From positions 1,116,001 to 1,180,000 of the forward strand of contig NC_135656.1 in NCBI RefSeq assembly GCF_964188315.1: 64,000 bases of DNA. The letters run 5' to 3'. A model generated the notes under the pieces. That model worked only from the letters and a program-made list of their open reading frames with translations. It did not search any database and had not been told where the DNA came from. The DNA is from Podarcis muralis. Its lineage: Eukaryota. A program made the position numbers and the translations under genes. Shown here in pieces: positions 32,912 through 46,577 of this stretch (the first letter of the stretch is position 1; each line of letters opens with the position of its first letter).

Positions 32912-35335
32912 GTTTAGCTTTCCACTGATTGCATTTTTTGGTCAGTAAGTCCACTCTGAAAAGTTCATAGAAAGGGGTGGTGTAATAAATACTGAAAATA
33001 TTCACGTAATAAATGAAAGGTGCCATCCTATACTTGCGAAACCCTGGTATGCCAGAGGAACTCAGGATACACGGCAGCAGAGTGACAAGGATTGCCAGAA
33101 AAAGCCCAGTGAGATGGGGGAGGATCACCCCCAGACTGCACTGGTGTGTGAGGCAGTCAGTTGCAGGTGGAAGTCAAGGAGGGAGAGGACAGATGACGGC
33201 CAATGGCTCCTTCTGGGATCTACCCAGCAGGGCAAGCCTCTCTGGCCAAATTGCAGGGAGGGGGATGCTCTGCATGCTGATTTTTGTCCTGGCTCTATTC
33301 TTTGGTGACTTGACAAAATGAGTCGCCTCTGACCTTGTGCTCTCCACATGTTATGAGTCTTGAGGCATCACCAAGCTCAGGAGTGGCATGGCAGCTGGAT
33401 GACATAAGGGGGTGGGGGGAGGCTGAGACTGGAGACCAGAGACTGGAGGAGATGGGCACTTTGCCCCAGGCTGGGGAAGCAGGATGCCCATCTCTCTTCT
33501 TTCCTCCTTGGGGATGGGGATGCCACAGAGTCAGAAGGGGAGGGCACAGCCTGGTCACCCAGCACCCGATGGCACTCCCACTGGGGGGAACAGTTGCATC
33601 CTCCCCAACTCATGCTCAGGGATCTTGCAAGGCACACGAGTTGTGAGTAGGTCTGCCTTGCTCTATAGCCCTGCTGCTCCTATAGATTTGGAACGGGTGC
33701 CGAAGCAGCAAGCAGTCGTCATGACTTGTCTGTGAGGTGCTCATATGATAAACATTACTTATGCACATAGCAAGCTACATAAACTGGCGCCCACAGCCCA
33801 GTTAACTCACCCCTGACTTAGAGGCCCTTTCCCAACTCTCATCCATCTCTCAGATAAGGAAGCAGCTGACAGGCAGGCAGCGTGAAAAGACTCTCTTTTC
33901 CCAGCTAGCTATTTCCCAGCTAGCTATGAGCTAGTGGAGGTCCCACTGCTGACCTCCGGCCTTATGCCAGCAGAGCAGTGGCATTTCTCCCTTCCAACCA
34001 GTGTCCTATGAGCATATGTCTCCTCTGTTGGGAGACATAGTTTCCTGGATGATATGTATTCCTACCTATCGGCTCAAGGGCCAGGCATCCTTTGAAAGTC
34101 CTGCCTCAGGCTCAGAGAGCTCCTGACCATCAGCCTCAGGTTCTGCAGGTTCCTGGCCACCAACCCCAGGGCTTAGTGTCAGGAACATGGAAGACCAGTT
34201 CCCCAGCTGGTGGTACAGCAGGCCTAGAGCTCAAGGCTAGGGCTAAGCCATACACAGAGTTCAAGACTGTTAGCTGTGGTTTTTTTTAAAGACTTAGGTG
34301 TGAGAAGGTCAAGCAGTAATGGGCAGCATCTAATGAAGTTCCAGAGTCCAGAGACAGGCTGAGCTAAATCCCAGTGGTCAAGACAACACTTCCACCCTAC
34401 CCTAAAGGTTGGTACCATATGGTCAGGGACTGGTCAGATGAGGAGGAGGGGTGGACACCAACCACCACCCCAGGAGGCTTCTGGGCAGGAGGCAGGTGCA
34501 GTTAGCATGGACCCAGATGCGTGGTGGTGGCACGCTAGGAAATAATAGAGGAACAGGAGCAAGCTAGCAGGTGCTCCAGTCCTACACAGAGACAGGAGTC
34601 TGAAGTGGGAGAAACAGCACAGCAGGCAGTGGACACAATATCAGTTGAAAGCCTGGTAGAACCTCCTCCTCCTCCTCCTCCTTGAACCAGGCATTCTTAG
34701 GGCGGAAAGTCAAAGAGAGACAGAAAGAGTCCTTTGCTGGCAGCAGGAGGGGTTGGGAAGCTAGGAAGTACCGCAAGGGGGGGTGGAGCAGGCATTCTGA
34801 GCAAAGTCTCAAGATTGGGGGAGCATAATTCATGGCCTCTCTGTGTATTTCTGTTGATTTAAATAAAAGAACTGAAAGAAGCTCTCTGTGTCTCTGATTT
34901 CACTAGGCTCCCGGCACATACCTGCTGTGCAAATACGTATCAATATTGGGGGGTATCTTTTATATGAAATTTCATGTGGGTGTTTTCAAAAGGGTCAGTC
35001 ACTAAAATAACAAAACAACACATGTGGCAGCTGCATTTATATAATACTTTATAGTGTTGAAAGTGCTTTTCTTACATCACCTCAGGAACCCTGTAAGGAA
35101 GGACAGAATTATTTCCCACAGTTTGGAAGAAACAATTGCTTAAGAATTTCTATGTCAGCAGTAAATCTGACATTTTCCCCAAATAATTGGGTTTTTAAAT
35201 GAAATCTTGAAAGTTTGTTTGATATTTTAAAAATAATAATGATAATAATGTTTTCCTGACATTGCTTTTTTTGGAGCTGTCACCAGGTTAGGGTTTGCAG
35301 TGGCTCATATTAAGCATGAAGATCAAGGCAGGTGT

Positions 35336-38300
35336 TCAGGTTCTCTTGGATGCAGGTGTCGGCTTCACTGGTAAGGCTTTCTCACAGACATAGAAGGATT
35401 CAGAACTGCAGGTGTAGTCATTCCATTCCCCGCTGATCCAAAGTTGGCCACAGTCCTCATCCTGGTTTTGATAACTGTTGGGTTCTCCTTGCTTCCAGTT
35501 CCTGTGATGGAAGCAAGATGTCTGTCTCTCTCTGAGCATCATCAGCATTATCATCACCACCAAAAATTCACTAAACCTATTTATGTTCACCCACTAGGAA
35601 TTCTAGGCCACTGTTTCCCAAACCTCTAACAGATTAATACTTTCCTCCCTAAATTAAAATTGAAAGCCTATTTACTTTTACAACTAAAAGTATTTATTCC
35701 CTGTACACGTCTACTCAGAGATGAGCTTCACACTGTGTCTGTTGGGGCTCAAGTGGGCATAGGATTGCAGCCTATAATATATTATTATTTTTTAATAATA
35801 TTATTATAGGGTTATTATATTATTGTTCCATAGGGTTGCAGCCTTCCAAACACAGGACCGGTGTGACCAAGTTGCTTCCCATATGAAAAACTGGCAGTGA
35901 CACTGTCACCCCTTGTGACCTCCAGTCACTGAGAAACAGCCGTGAGGGGGCCGTGGCCTCGGGAGTGGGGGGTGCAGGACTAGGTGGGCCTTTGGCCTAG
36001 TCCCACAATGACCCCAGAGGAGTTGCCCAGTGCTTACTTGAAGCCTGTCCTGTAATTGCTGCCGTCCAGCCATTTCCACTCGCCTTCTGAGTGTTGGTCA
36101 TGGAGTCCAATCCAATAGCGCTCATTCCTGGTCCGTGTCTGTATGAAATTCTGCAAGAGGCAAATCCAAAATACAGAAATATGGGGCTGTGTCAAGCCAA
36201 GGCATCCCGTTAACGCAAGCACTTCCATCTTCCTCTCCTTTTCCTCACCCTCCCTCCCAATTTTTTCCTGGGGTTCTCCAATGTCCAGAGCAGACTTGGG
36301 GTGTGTGTGTGGGGGGTACAGGGACAGGAATTCCACTGTGTAGGCGGAAGTGCCTGTGTCGATGGGGCCAGTTCTCTTCTTGCAACCATTGCTTCTGTGT
36401 TTGCATGAAGATGAAGTTTCTGGGCTGCCTACTTTGCAGAGAAGGAGAAGAGTTGCTCCGCTGCAACCAATGGGCAAGAGCACTTTGCCTGCCTTAGGCA
36501 AGTGAGTGAGTGATCAAGGAAAATATGTTTCACATCTTGTTACCTGTTTGGCCAAATTGTTAATGATGACCAGCTGAGAGTGCTGCTGTTCACACTGCGC
36601 TTTGGCTATGTGCCAGGACACGGCCTTCAGGGAGAAGTAGTAGCATTTCCCACTGAAATATTCCCATTGTCTGGTGTCGGCACCACACGGAAACACTGAG
36701 CAAAGGAAAAAGACGAGAGAGAGAGAGAGAACTTGGCACTAGCCTAGCTAGTGACGCAGCGTTGTGTGTTCAGTGCTGCAGACGTAGTGTTGAACTGTAA
36801 CCGTAACAAACTACAGCTCCCAGGATTCTTGGGGAGGGGGCAAACCATGTACTTTGAATGTGCTGTGTTCAATGTGCTCTAGATGGTGCATAGGCAGCAT
36901 AAATTAAATACATCTATCCTTTTTAAACTGACTTATTTATTATTACATTTTTATTCCACCTTTCTTCCAAGGATCTCAAGGTAGCATAGGTGGTTCCCCA
37001 CTCCCCTGCTTTATCCTCACAACAGTCCTGTGAGGTAGGTTAGGCTGAGAGGCATTGCAGGGCTCAGTGCTTCATGCCTGGTTTCTCAGGTTCAAGTCCA
37101 ACACTGCAGACACCTCTCCACATGGCTTCCCATCTATAAATTTTAATTTGCACAGTTTATTCTGCAATGTATTTACATGACTAATGTGACTCCAGGTATG
37201 GACACGTAACACTAATCTCAAAAAAGAAAACTTTTTAATTTTAAGTCATTAAGTAAATAAGTTACAGGATGCATAGGTCAGAAGTACTGTCTTGCCGATT
37301 ATGATCACTTCACAAGGAGAGGCTGAAATCAGTTCATTTATAAAAAACAGAAACGGGTAGTTTTTAGAAACAACTCTCTTACTTTGAGCTTCTTGTGGGA
37401 TCACCTAAAAGGACTTGGAGCAGAATTTGGGTGGAGGCTGGGAAGGCAGCCCCTCCCTGCAAAGGGGAATACAGTGTTATAAGCTTGGGGTTGGTTTGGA
37501 TGGTGTTTTGGGGTCCCCTCCAAGCCTGTGGTTTTCCATCTGTAAGATGAGATTCTGTAGCAGAAGGAACCATTTTCTTTGTTAATGGCCAAGCTTGTTA
37601 AGGGTCAAGAACACTAGCTAACCAAAGAGAGGAGCGGTGGAATCACCTGACCAAGATCTCCCCCAGAAATCCCAGAAGAGGATTTGGATCCTAGATCCTG
37701 GTGGTGGACAACCAGGCACACCCCAGAGGAAGGGAAGAGCTTTAATAGAGAGACTGGCGTTTCCCTGTAGTCCTCTGATCTGTGATGGAGCTGTTCTCTT
37801 GGTCAGCTCCCTTGACCCAGAGGTGGGGGGAGGTCTGGAAGCCTAATGGGGGAGCAAATCTGTTAATGCTGTGAGTCTTTCCATCTTATGCTCGGGATGT
37901 ATATATGTGTAAATAGAACCCTATATCAAAACACACCAGTCTCTCCTGTGACCTTCATTTCAGGGAAACTGAACCTGAGGTAAATGCCGACACCCCTGAA
38001 GTCTCTCAACACTTGGAGACTGAGGTCTTTGTAGCAACAGAAACTTACAGTGAAAATCATGTCCGTAGGGATCCTTCGCAAGGGCTGTGTGGAGCTTGCT
38101 GATTTCTGAGGATGCTAATGCAACTGGCGTGATAAAGAGGGGGAGAAAAATATATGTCAGAATCTTCCTTCATCCTGCTACCCATTTCCAGTTACATAAG
38201 AGTAGGAATGCCAAGCCAGCATGAAAAGGTCATCCTTGTTATGGGTGTTTTTTTAACCTTTGAACCTTTTGGCAGCTTTTTTTGTATAACAGGCAAAGGG

Positions 38301-41300
38301 CAGAATCGACCTTGTGCTCACAGAATGGCTTTGGATCCACCTCTGGTGGCTGAAAAGGAGGGAAGAGGACTTTCCCTCTCACCCATCACACCATCTCCCT
38401 CCTAATTCTGAAGGAGCCCCAAATCTGGAGCCCATTGCGAGGAAGGCATTGTAGGGCAGAGTGGGGCTCCAGGGACACCATTTCTCCTCTTCTGGCATGA
38501 CTGGAGAGGCATCCACAGAATGTGAAATCAAATCATGCGGCTTCCTGCAGAGAATCCTGGAAACTGCAGCTCACCTCTCACAGAGCTACAATTCCCAGCA
38601 CAGTTAACAAACAACAGTTCCCAGGATTCTTTGGGGGAAAGAAATGTGCTTGAAATTTATGGTATGGATAAGTCACCTCCTGCCATCTCCGACCATGCTG
38701 GTTGTGCCCAACAGGAAATCCTGTAGGCAGGGGCAGCAGAGGCACCAGCAGAAGTGCCAGAGAGATCTTGCAAGACTGCTCTGCTGGCTGAGATGGCAGC
38801 CTGAGGTGTCCATGGGGATGCTGCTTGTTTGGCTTCTGCCGCCTGAGGCGGCTCTTTCACCCTGCCTCATGGGTGGGCCAGTGCTGTCTGGAGGGCACCA
38901 GGCTGAGGAAGGCTGTGCTGGAAAAAAGCGCCTTTGGGAGGTGCAAGGGGACCAATTGGAGTCCACCCAAAATGCTGGACTGGCTGTCAGAATTTGGGGA
39001 TGTACTGATATATTTAAAAAGTTAAAATCATCAGTATCATTTTCAGTGAGTGTGTATGTTTGAACCTGTAGCCCACACATAAACACTCAAGTGCCATCTT
39101 TTTTACCTCTACCGGAGCACGCAAGGCTGTTCTGTATGTTTCCTTGATCGCTGCATCTTCTGCACTCTCAGGGTTGGGAACATAGGAATCTGCCTTATAA
39201 TGGACCTTCTTGCTTAGTGTGGACTGCACTGGCTGGCAGCAGCTCTCCAAGGTTTCTGACCACGGACATTCTCAGCCATATCTGGAGGTGCTGGGGACTG
39301 AACCTGGGACTTTCTGGACACCAAGGAGATGCTCTGACATTGAGCTGCAGAGCTTTCCCAAAGGCATCCTCACTGTAGCAGTTTGGCTGGGTCAGCTTTT
39401 ATGCCCCAGATTCTGTACAGCTCTTTCCTGCCTCAGAACCAAATCACAGCCTCTGAATCTGCCAGCCAAAGGAGGGTAGGGAGAGTTGTCACAGGAGCCT
39501 GCCAGTCAGTATCACACAGCTCAAAGTTGGAGTTAAATCTTAGCAAAACCACAATCTCCACAGACTTAGCTAAATGTCAGGCCTAATGAGCACAGGCCCC
39601 TTCATGGATCACTGCCTTGACGTGGCGAAGGGGCTTGAATAACTCAGAGAAGCTATGAGCTATGCCGTGCAGGGCCACCCAAGATGAACAGGTCATAGTG
39701 GAGAGTTTTGACCAAACGTGATCCACCTGGAGCAGGAACCGGCAAGCCACTCCAGTATCCCTGCCAAGAAAACTCCATGGACAAAGACAACAGGCATATA
39801 AAAGTTATGACGCTGGAAGATGAGCCCCTCAGGTCAGAAGGTGTCCAACATGCTACTGGGGAAGAGCGGAGGAGAAGTACAAGTAGATCCAGAGCTGATG
39901 AAGCGGCTGGGCCAAAGCCAAAAGAAGGCTCAGTTGTGGATATGCCTGGAAGCGAAAGGAAAGTCCAATGCTGTAAAGAAAAATATTGCATAGGAACCTG
40001 GAATGTAAGAACCATGAACCTGGGTAAGTTGGAGGTGGTCAAAAATGAGATGGCAAGAATAAATATTGACATCCTGGACATCAGTGAACTAAAATGGATG
40101 GGAATGGGCGAATTCAGTTCGGATGACCATCATATCTACTACTGTGGGCAAGAATCCCGTAAAAGAAATGGAGTGGCCCTCATAGTCAACAAAAGAGTGG
40201 CGAAAGCTGTACTGGGATGCAATCTCAAAAATGATAGAATGATCTCGAGACGAATCCAAGGCAGACCTTTTAACATTACAGTAATCCAAGTTTATGCACC
40301 AACCACTGGTGCTTTAGAAACTGAAATTGACCAGTTCTGTGAAGACTTACAACACCTTATAGAAATGACACCAAAGAAGGATGTTCTTCTCATTATAGGG
40401 GATTGGAATGCTAAAGTAGGGAGGCAAGAGATAAAAGGAACAACTGGCAAGTTTGGCCTTGGAGATCAAAACGAAGCAGGGCAAAGGCTAATAGAGTTCT
40501 GTCAAGAGAACAAGCTGGTCATCACAAACACGCTTTTCCAACAACACAAGAGACGACTCTACACATGGACATCACCAGATGGGCAGCATCGAAATCAGAT
40601 TGATTATATTCTCTGCAGCCAAAGATGGAGAAGCTCTATACAGTCAGCAAAAACAAGACCTGGAGCTGACTGTGGCTCAGATCGTCAGCTTCTTATAGCA
40701 AAATTCAAGTTTAAACTGAAGAAAGTAGGAAAAACCACTGGGCTGGTAAGATACAATCTAAATCAAATCCCTTATGAATACACGGTGGAAATGAGGAACA
40801 GGTTTAAGGATTTAGATTTGGTGGACAGAGTGCCTGAAGGACTATGGATGGAGGCTCGTAACATTGTACAGGAGGCAGCAACGAAAACCATCCCAATGAA
40901 AAGGAAATGCAAGAAAGCAAAGTGGCTGTCCAACGAGGCCTTACAAATAGCGGGGGAGGGAAGGCAAGCAAAATGCGAGAGAGATAGTGAAAGATACAGG
41001 AAAATGAATGCAGATTTCCAAAAAATAGCAAGGAGAGACAAGAAGGCCTTCTTAAATGAGCAATGCAAAAAAATAGAGGAAAACAATAGAATGGGGAAAA
41101 CCAGAGATCTGTTCAAGAAAATTGGAGATATGAAAGGAACATTTCGTACAAAGATTACCATAATAAAGGACAAAAGTGGTAAGGACCTAACAGAAGCAGA
41201 AGACATCAAGAAGAGGTGGCAAGAATACACAGAGGAATTATACCAGAAAGATATGGATGTCTCGTACACCACAGGAAGTGTGGTTGCTGACCTTGAGCCA

Positions 41301-44300
41301 AACATCCTGGAGAGTGAAGTCAAATGGGCCTTAGGAAGCACTGCTACTAAAAGGCCCATGGAAGTGATGATATTTCAGCTGAACTATTTAAAATTTTAAA
41401 AGATGAGATAGGATTCCAGGTGGAAAAATCGAAACTAGAAACAGAACTGTTAGAACCTAAGACTAAGGTGCTTTCAAGAATGTATAACTTGCTGTTGAAA
41501 TGGAATACACAGGATGAAACAGTCAAATCAGCTATGATAAAATGGGCACAGGACATTGGATATAATATCATGTTTGCTGACTGGGAAAGGTTATGGACCA
41601 CCGGTGTGAAGTTTACGGCATGTAATGCTTTGAAAGAAAATATTATGAAAATGATATACAGGTGGTACATGACCCCAGTCAAGCTTGCAAAAATATATCA
41701 TTTGCATGACAATAAATGTTGGAAGTGTAAGGAGACTGAAGGAACATTCTTTCACCTATGGTGGACCTGCCCGAGAGTGAAGGCCTTCTGGGAAATGATC
41801 TATAATGAACTAAAAAAGGTATTTAAGTATACCTTTCCTAAGAAACCAGAGGCCTTCCTTCTGGGTATTGTCGACCAGAAGGTGTTAAAGAAGGATAGAA
41901 CCTTTTTTATGTATGCAACAACAGCAGCAAGAATACTCATCGCAAAGCACTGGAAGACACAAGACTTGCCCACACTGGAAGAATGGCAAACGCAACTGAT
42001 AGACTATATGGAGCTGGCCGAGATGACTGGCAGAATTCGAGACCTGGGAAAAGAGGAGGTGGAAGAGGACTGGAAGAAGTTTAAAGATTACCTACAAAGA
42101 CTTTATAAATTGTTTGAATGTTAAGAAAGTGCATGAAAGGAAGGAACTTGGCATCAGTAGCCTAGATGAGAAATGTATGAGAATAAGTTGAACCATAAAG
42201 ATGAGATTCGAAGTAAGGTTATGTAGTCAAATACTTGATGGAAATATTTAATGCTAGAGGCATAACACATTAGATTTAGAACACAAGATCTGAAATAAGG
42301 TAATAAATTGCGGAACATAACTTTTGTTCGGAGAACGCAGGAAAGGGAGACGTGAGGAAGTCCAGAGGATTTTGAAAAAATGTATGAAAGGTTGTGATTT
42401 GTTATCTTTCTTCTTCTTTATACTTTCTGTGTTTGTTATATGCTTGGTGATTTTCTTTTCTTAAAAAATGCAATAAAAATATTAAATAAATAAATAAATA
42501 AAATTTTAAAAGATGATGCTCATAAGGTGCTACACTCAATATGCCAGCAAATTTGGAAAACTCAGCAGCGGCCAGAGGATTGGAGAAGATCAGTCTACAT
42601 CCCAATCCCAAAGAAGGGCAGTGCCAAAGAATGCTCCAACTACCGCACAATTGCACTCATTTCACACGCTAGCAAGGTTATGCTTAAAATTCTACAAGAC
42701 AGGCTTAAGCAGTATGTGGACCGAGAATTCCCAGAAGTACAAGCTGGATTTCAAAGGGGCAGAGGAACCAGAGACCAAATTGCAAACGTGCGCTGGATTA
42801 TGGAGAAAGCTAGAGAGTTCCAGAAAGACATCTACTTCTCCTTCATTGACTACACAAAAGCCTTTGAAATGGGAGTGCCTGATCACCTCATCTGTCTCCT
42901 GAGAAATCTCTGTCTGGGACAAGAAGCTACAGTTAGAACTGGATATGGAACAACTGATTGGTTCAAAATTGGGAAAGGAGTACGACAAGGCTGTATATTG
43001 TCTCCCTGCTTATTTAACTTATATGCAGAATTCATCATGCAAAAGGCTGGGCTGGATGAATCCCAAGCCGGAATTAAGATTGCCGGAAGAAATATCAACA
43101 ATCTCAGATATGCAGATGACACAACCTTGATGGCAGAAAGTGAGGAGGAATTAAAGAACCTTTTAATGAGGGTGAAAGAGGAGAGCGCAACATATGGTCT
43201 GAAGCTCAACATCAAAAAAACAAAGATCATGGCCACTGGTCCCATCACCTCCAGGCAAATCGAAGGGGAAGAAATGGAGGCAGTGAGAGATTTTATTTTC
43301 TTGGGCTCCATTATCACTGCAGATGGTGACAGCAGTCACAAAATCAAAAGACGCCTGCTTCTTGGGAGAAAAGCGATGACAAACCTAGACAGCATCTTAA
43401 AAAGCAGAGACATCACCTTGCCAACAAAGGTCCGTAAAATTAAAGCCACGGATTTCCCAGTAGTGATGTATGGAAGTGAGAGCTGGACCATAAAGAAGGC
43501 TGATCGCCGAAGAATTTATGCTTTTGAATTATGGTGCTGGAGGAGACTCTTGAGAGTCCCATGGACTGCAAGAAGATCAAACGTATCCATTCTGAAGGAA
43601 ATCAGCCCTGAGTGCTCACTGGAAGGACAGATCGTGAAGCTGAGGCTCCAATAATTTGGCCACCTCATGAGAAGAGAAGACTCCCTGGAAAAGACCCTCA
43701 TGTTGGGAAAGATGGAGGGCAGAAGGAGAAGGGGACGACAGAGGACGAGATGGTTGGACAGTGTTCTCGAAGCTACCAGCATGAGTTTGACCAAACTGCG
43801 GGAGGCAGTGAAAGACAGGAGTGCATGGCGTGCTCTGGTCCATGGGGTCACGAAGAGTCGGACACGACTAAACAACAACAACAACGAGCACAGGAGCTCA
43901 TTCCTGGTGGTCTTACTCCATGAAAACCAGTTGCTGAGACCCTACCCCCTCACAGCCATCTAAAATTCCCTCCTCTCTAGGGCTTTTCCCAAGCAGTCAG
44001 AGACTGCACCCACATGCAGCCAACCTCTCCTCTGCCCTTTTCATGCCTTTCTTGCTTCTGGGAGACAGGAGGGAGGGGAGCTTGTCACAACAGGAGGGGG
44101 AGATACCTGTGACTCTTCCCCAGTTGGACTCATCTCTACCTTTTGACTTCCCTCCTCTCACTCACCTGCTTCAGCTTCTGATCTTCTCTCTGCCACAGGC
44201 TCTCCAGTTCACTATGCCCTATAGCCCCTTCGGTTCCTGACACCTCCTCTACCCAGTCTTCCCCAACTTCTCCCTGCAACCACACATTGTCCCACTGCCA

Positions 44301-45037
44301 CTTCCTAGGCTCTGAGCCTTCTTTCTATGGTGGTTTCCCAGCTGGTTCTTCCCACCGTTCCTCTATGTCCAACCAGTCCGTGACAAGAGTGTTTGCTGCA
44401 GGCTCTGCTGCTACCTGAGCCCATAAACTCCACCCAAAACAGTTCTCTGATTTACAGATGACATGATGTAGGCAGTAAAGGAGAAAACGTACCTTTGGAG
44501 AGGGCCACCACAAAGCCAATGACAATCAGCAGGTAGGAGACACCCAACAGTGCATAGATCAGGAGAAATGGCCTCTGAATAAGATTTCTCCCTTCATAAG
44601 AGGAAAATGAGATGATGGGAACTTGACCCTATGCAGACTTCTCTTTGGTAAAAAGTAAGGTAAAAAGTATTGGCCTTCAAGAAAGGATTATGGCTGGTGC
44701 ATTTTCCCTTCATAGGAGCTTCTAATCACTTTTACATGCATACAGAGATGGAGGAGAATTTTGTTAGGTCTGCATGTTAAAGCTAACCAACCTAATCTGC
44801 ACCTATGGGACAAATACCTGGATCCAAACCAGAGATGGATAAATCCACTAAGCTCAGTTTCTCCTGGTTTCTCATTTTTCCATTCTTAAATTCAATTTTC
44901 CACATTTCACACTGCATCAGTGTGCAATTTTTTAAAAAGTCCTCACAAAAATTTGTGTGAACTGAACATAATTTCTCCACCATTCCTAATCAGAACATAA
45001 TTCTTCCCTACACTGAATTTTGAGATAACAGTTCTTG

Positions 45038-45073
<36 letters not shown>

Positions 45074-46577
45074 CAAAAGGGAGGTGCCGTGGGTTAAACC
45101 ACAGAGCCTAGGTACCGCTCTGGCGGGAAGGTAAACGGTGTTTCCGTGCGCTGCTCTGGGTCCCCAGAAGCGGCTTTGTCATGCTGGCCACATGACCTGG
45201 AAGCTGTACGCTGGCTCCCTCGGCCAGTAAAACGAGATGAGCGCGGCAACCCCAGAGTCGGTCATGACTGGACCTAACGGTCAGGGGTCCCTTTATGTTT
45301 AGAAATGTGTACACTGAGATATGTGTATTTAAATACTATCCTGTGACAAAGTATCTAAATACAATTCTTATTTGATTGATGCACGCATTGTATTTATACC
45401 CCATCTTTTTCTTCCAACCAGCTTAAGGTGACATACATGGTTCCCCTCCTCCTTATTCCATTGACACAACAACCGTGTGAGGCAGGTTTGTCTGAGAGGC
45501 AGTGATTGGCCCAAGGTCACCCGTCCAATTTTTTGTATGGATTAAAAAAAAAGATGAAAGTGGAAGCTGGATAGAAGGGACTTATGAATGCAGAATTGAC
45601 AGAGCCTGGAAGTAGACTAATCCATCCCTCGCTCTGTGCATCTGGAGATATACTCCCCCCGCCTCATTTGGACTGAGGTCGGCTCTTCTAATTTATTTTA
45701 TTGAGAGGGTAAATAGAGAGACTAACCATTTGTGGTTAATGATTTAGAAATGTGGCATTCAACCTTTTTAGGCCATCAAAAAAATTTGCTTCATTAACCA
45801 CAAATGGCTAGTCACTAATTTTGATGGGCAAAAAATGTAGCAAGCAAATATGTTCTGCGTGTGGCACAGAAGTCGCAGCTCAGTGAGTGGGGACGGAATG
45901 AAGTTCTTTTGTGCTCATTGAGGCTGCTTGCCAAAGCAGCGGGCCTAAGACGACCACTTCACCCAGACGTGCAAATCTGCAAAGCCTTGTGGTTTCAGCG
46001 TCTGCTCCTTGGCTCTTCAGGCTGGGGTGAGGATTTCCACACACACTCACTGGGGCTGCCAAAATGAATGTATTCTTTAGGGCAAGGAATAATTAGCAAG
46101 CCTAACTGCAAGGGTCCACTTAAGTGTTGTAAGGCAACTGACTGCCACCAACACTTCAAATGAAAAAAGAAATAGCAAATCAATATAGTAGTATTCAGTT
46201 CAAAATACAAAATCCAAGAAACATTAAAAGCACCCGAAAAAAGCAGCAAACTCAGCAGCATTCCAAGTTAAAAGTGACTTTAAAAACAGGTTAAATTCAA
46301 AGATCTTTGCTTGGGGCTGAACAAAGCTCCAAACAAGCATAACTTGGGAGAATGTTCCAGAGATCGTGGGCTCCACCACCATCCCTAGACTTGCTGCACT
46401 TCAAGCGGATTTAGTCACCTGGAGAGGATCCTTCCCAAGAGCTGATGGATCTCACTGATTGGCCGATCCTTCAGGAAAAAGCTACAAAACCTTTGGCAAA
46501 TGCCAAACAAGGGGAACAGGGAGATCATCTTTACCTTTAGAAGTTCGAAAGTTATCTGCATACTTTTCTTCATCCAT
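35336..46577 (-). CDS. C-type lectin gene B, paralog of gene A, CLEC4G/CD209-like, 215 aa
   Basis: Exons 46577-46535 (MDEEKYADNFRTSK), 44591-44493 (TM: RNLIQRPFLLIYALLGVSYLLIVIGFVVALSK), 38123-38049 (neck), 36695-36544, 36150-36038 and 35501-35336 (WIGL, EPN, WND). All introns are GT-AG. Exon sizes 43/99/75/152/113/166 versus 43/108/75/152/113/154 in gene A. Confidence 0.88.
39597..43885 (+). mobile_element. Full-length BovB (RTE) LINE, ~3.2 kb without the nested L1
   Basis: APE motif IGTWNVRTMNLGKLEVVKNEM, RT motifs [14 protein letters not shown] and RYADDT, (CAA)n tail. 9-bp TSD GAGCACAGG (39588-39596, 43886-43894). It has frameshifts/stops and is antisense in intron 2 of lectin B. Confidence 0.96.
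41407..42500 (+). mobile_element. L1 3' fragment inserted in BovB
   Basis: L1 ORF2 C-terminus KCWKCKETEGTFFHLWWTC, AATAAA plus a (TAAA)n tail, and a TSD of at least 16 bp, AAATTTTAAAAGATGA (41391-41406, 42501-42516). Confidence 0.95.
45078..45298 (+). mobile_element. Sauria SINE, internally deleted
   Basis: GTGGGTTAAACCACAGAGCCTAGG...GCTGGCCACATGACC.GGAAGC...GGTCAGGGGTCCCTTTA matches the Sauria SINE as I recall it. It follows an (AT)n run. Confidence 0.85.

Noticed and set aside
37383-37404. Possible 22-nt microexon in lectin B (TTTTAG|...|GTAAGA)
   Set aside because: It has good splice sites, but 22 nt would break the phase 1-1 frame, and gene A has no counterpart.
44823-44880. Alternative first exon for lectin B (MRNQEKLSLVDLSISGLDP, phase 1 donor)
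   Set aside because: It is frame-compatible, but 46577-46535 is clearly homologous to the first exon of gene A. There is no support without RNA data.
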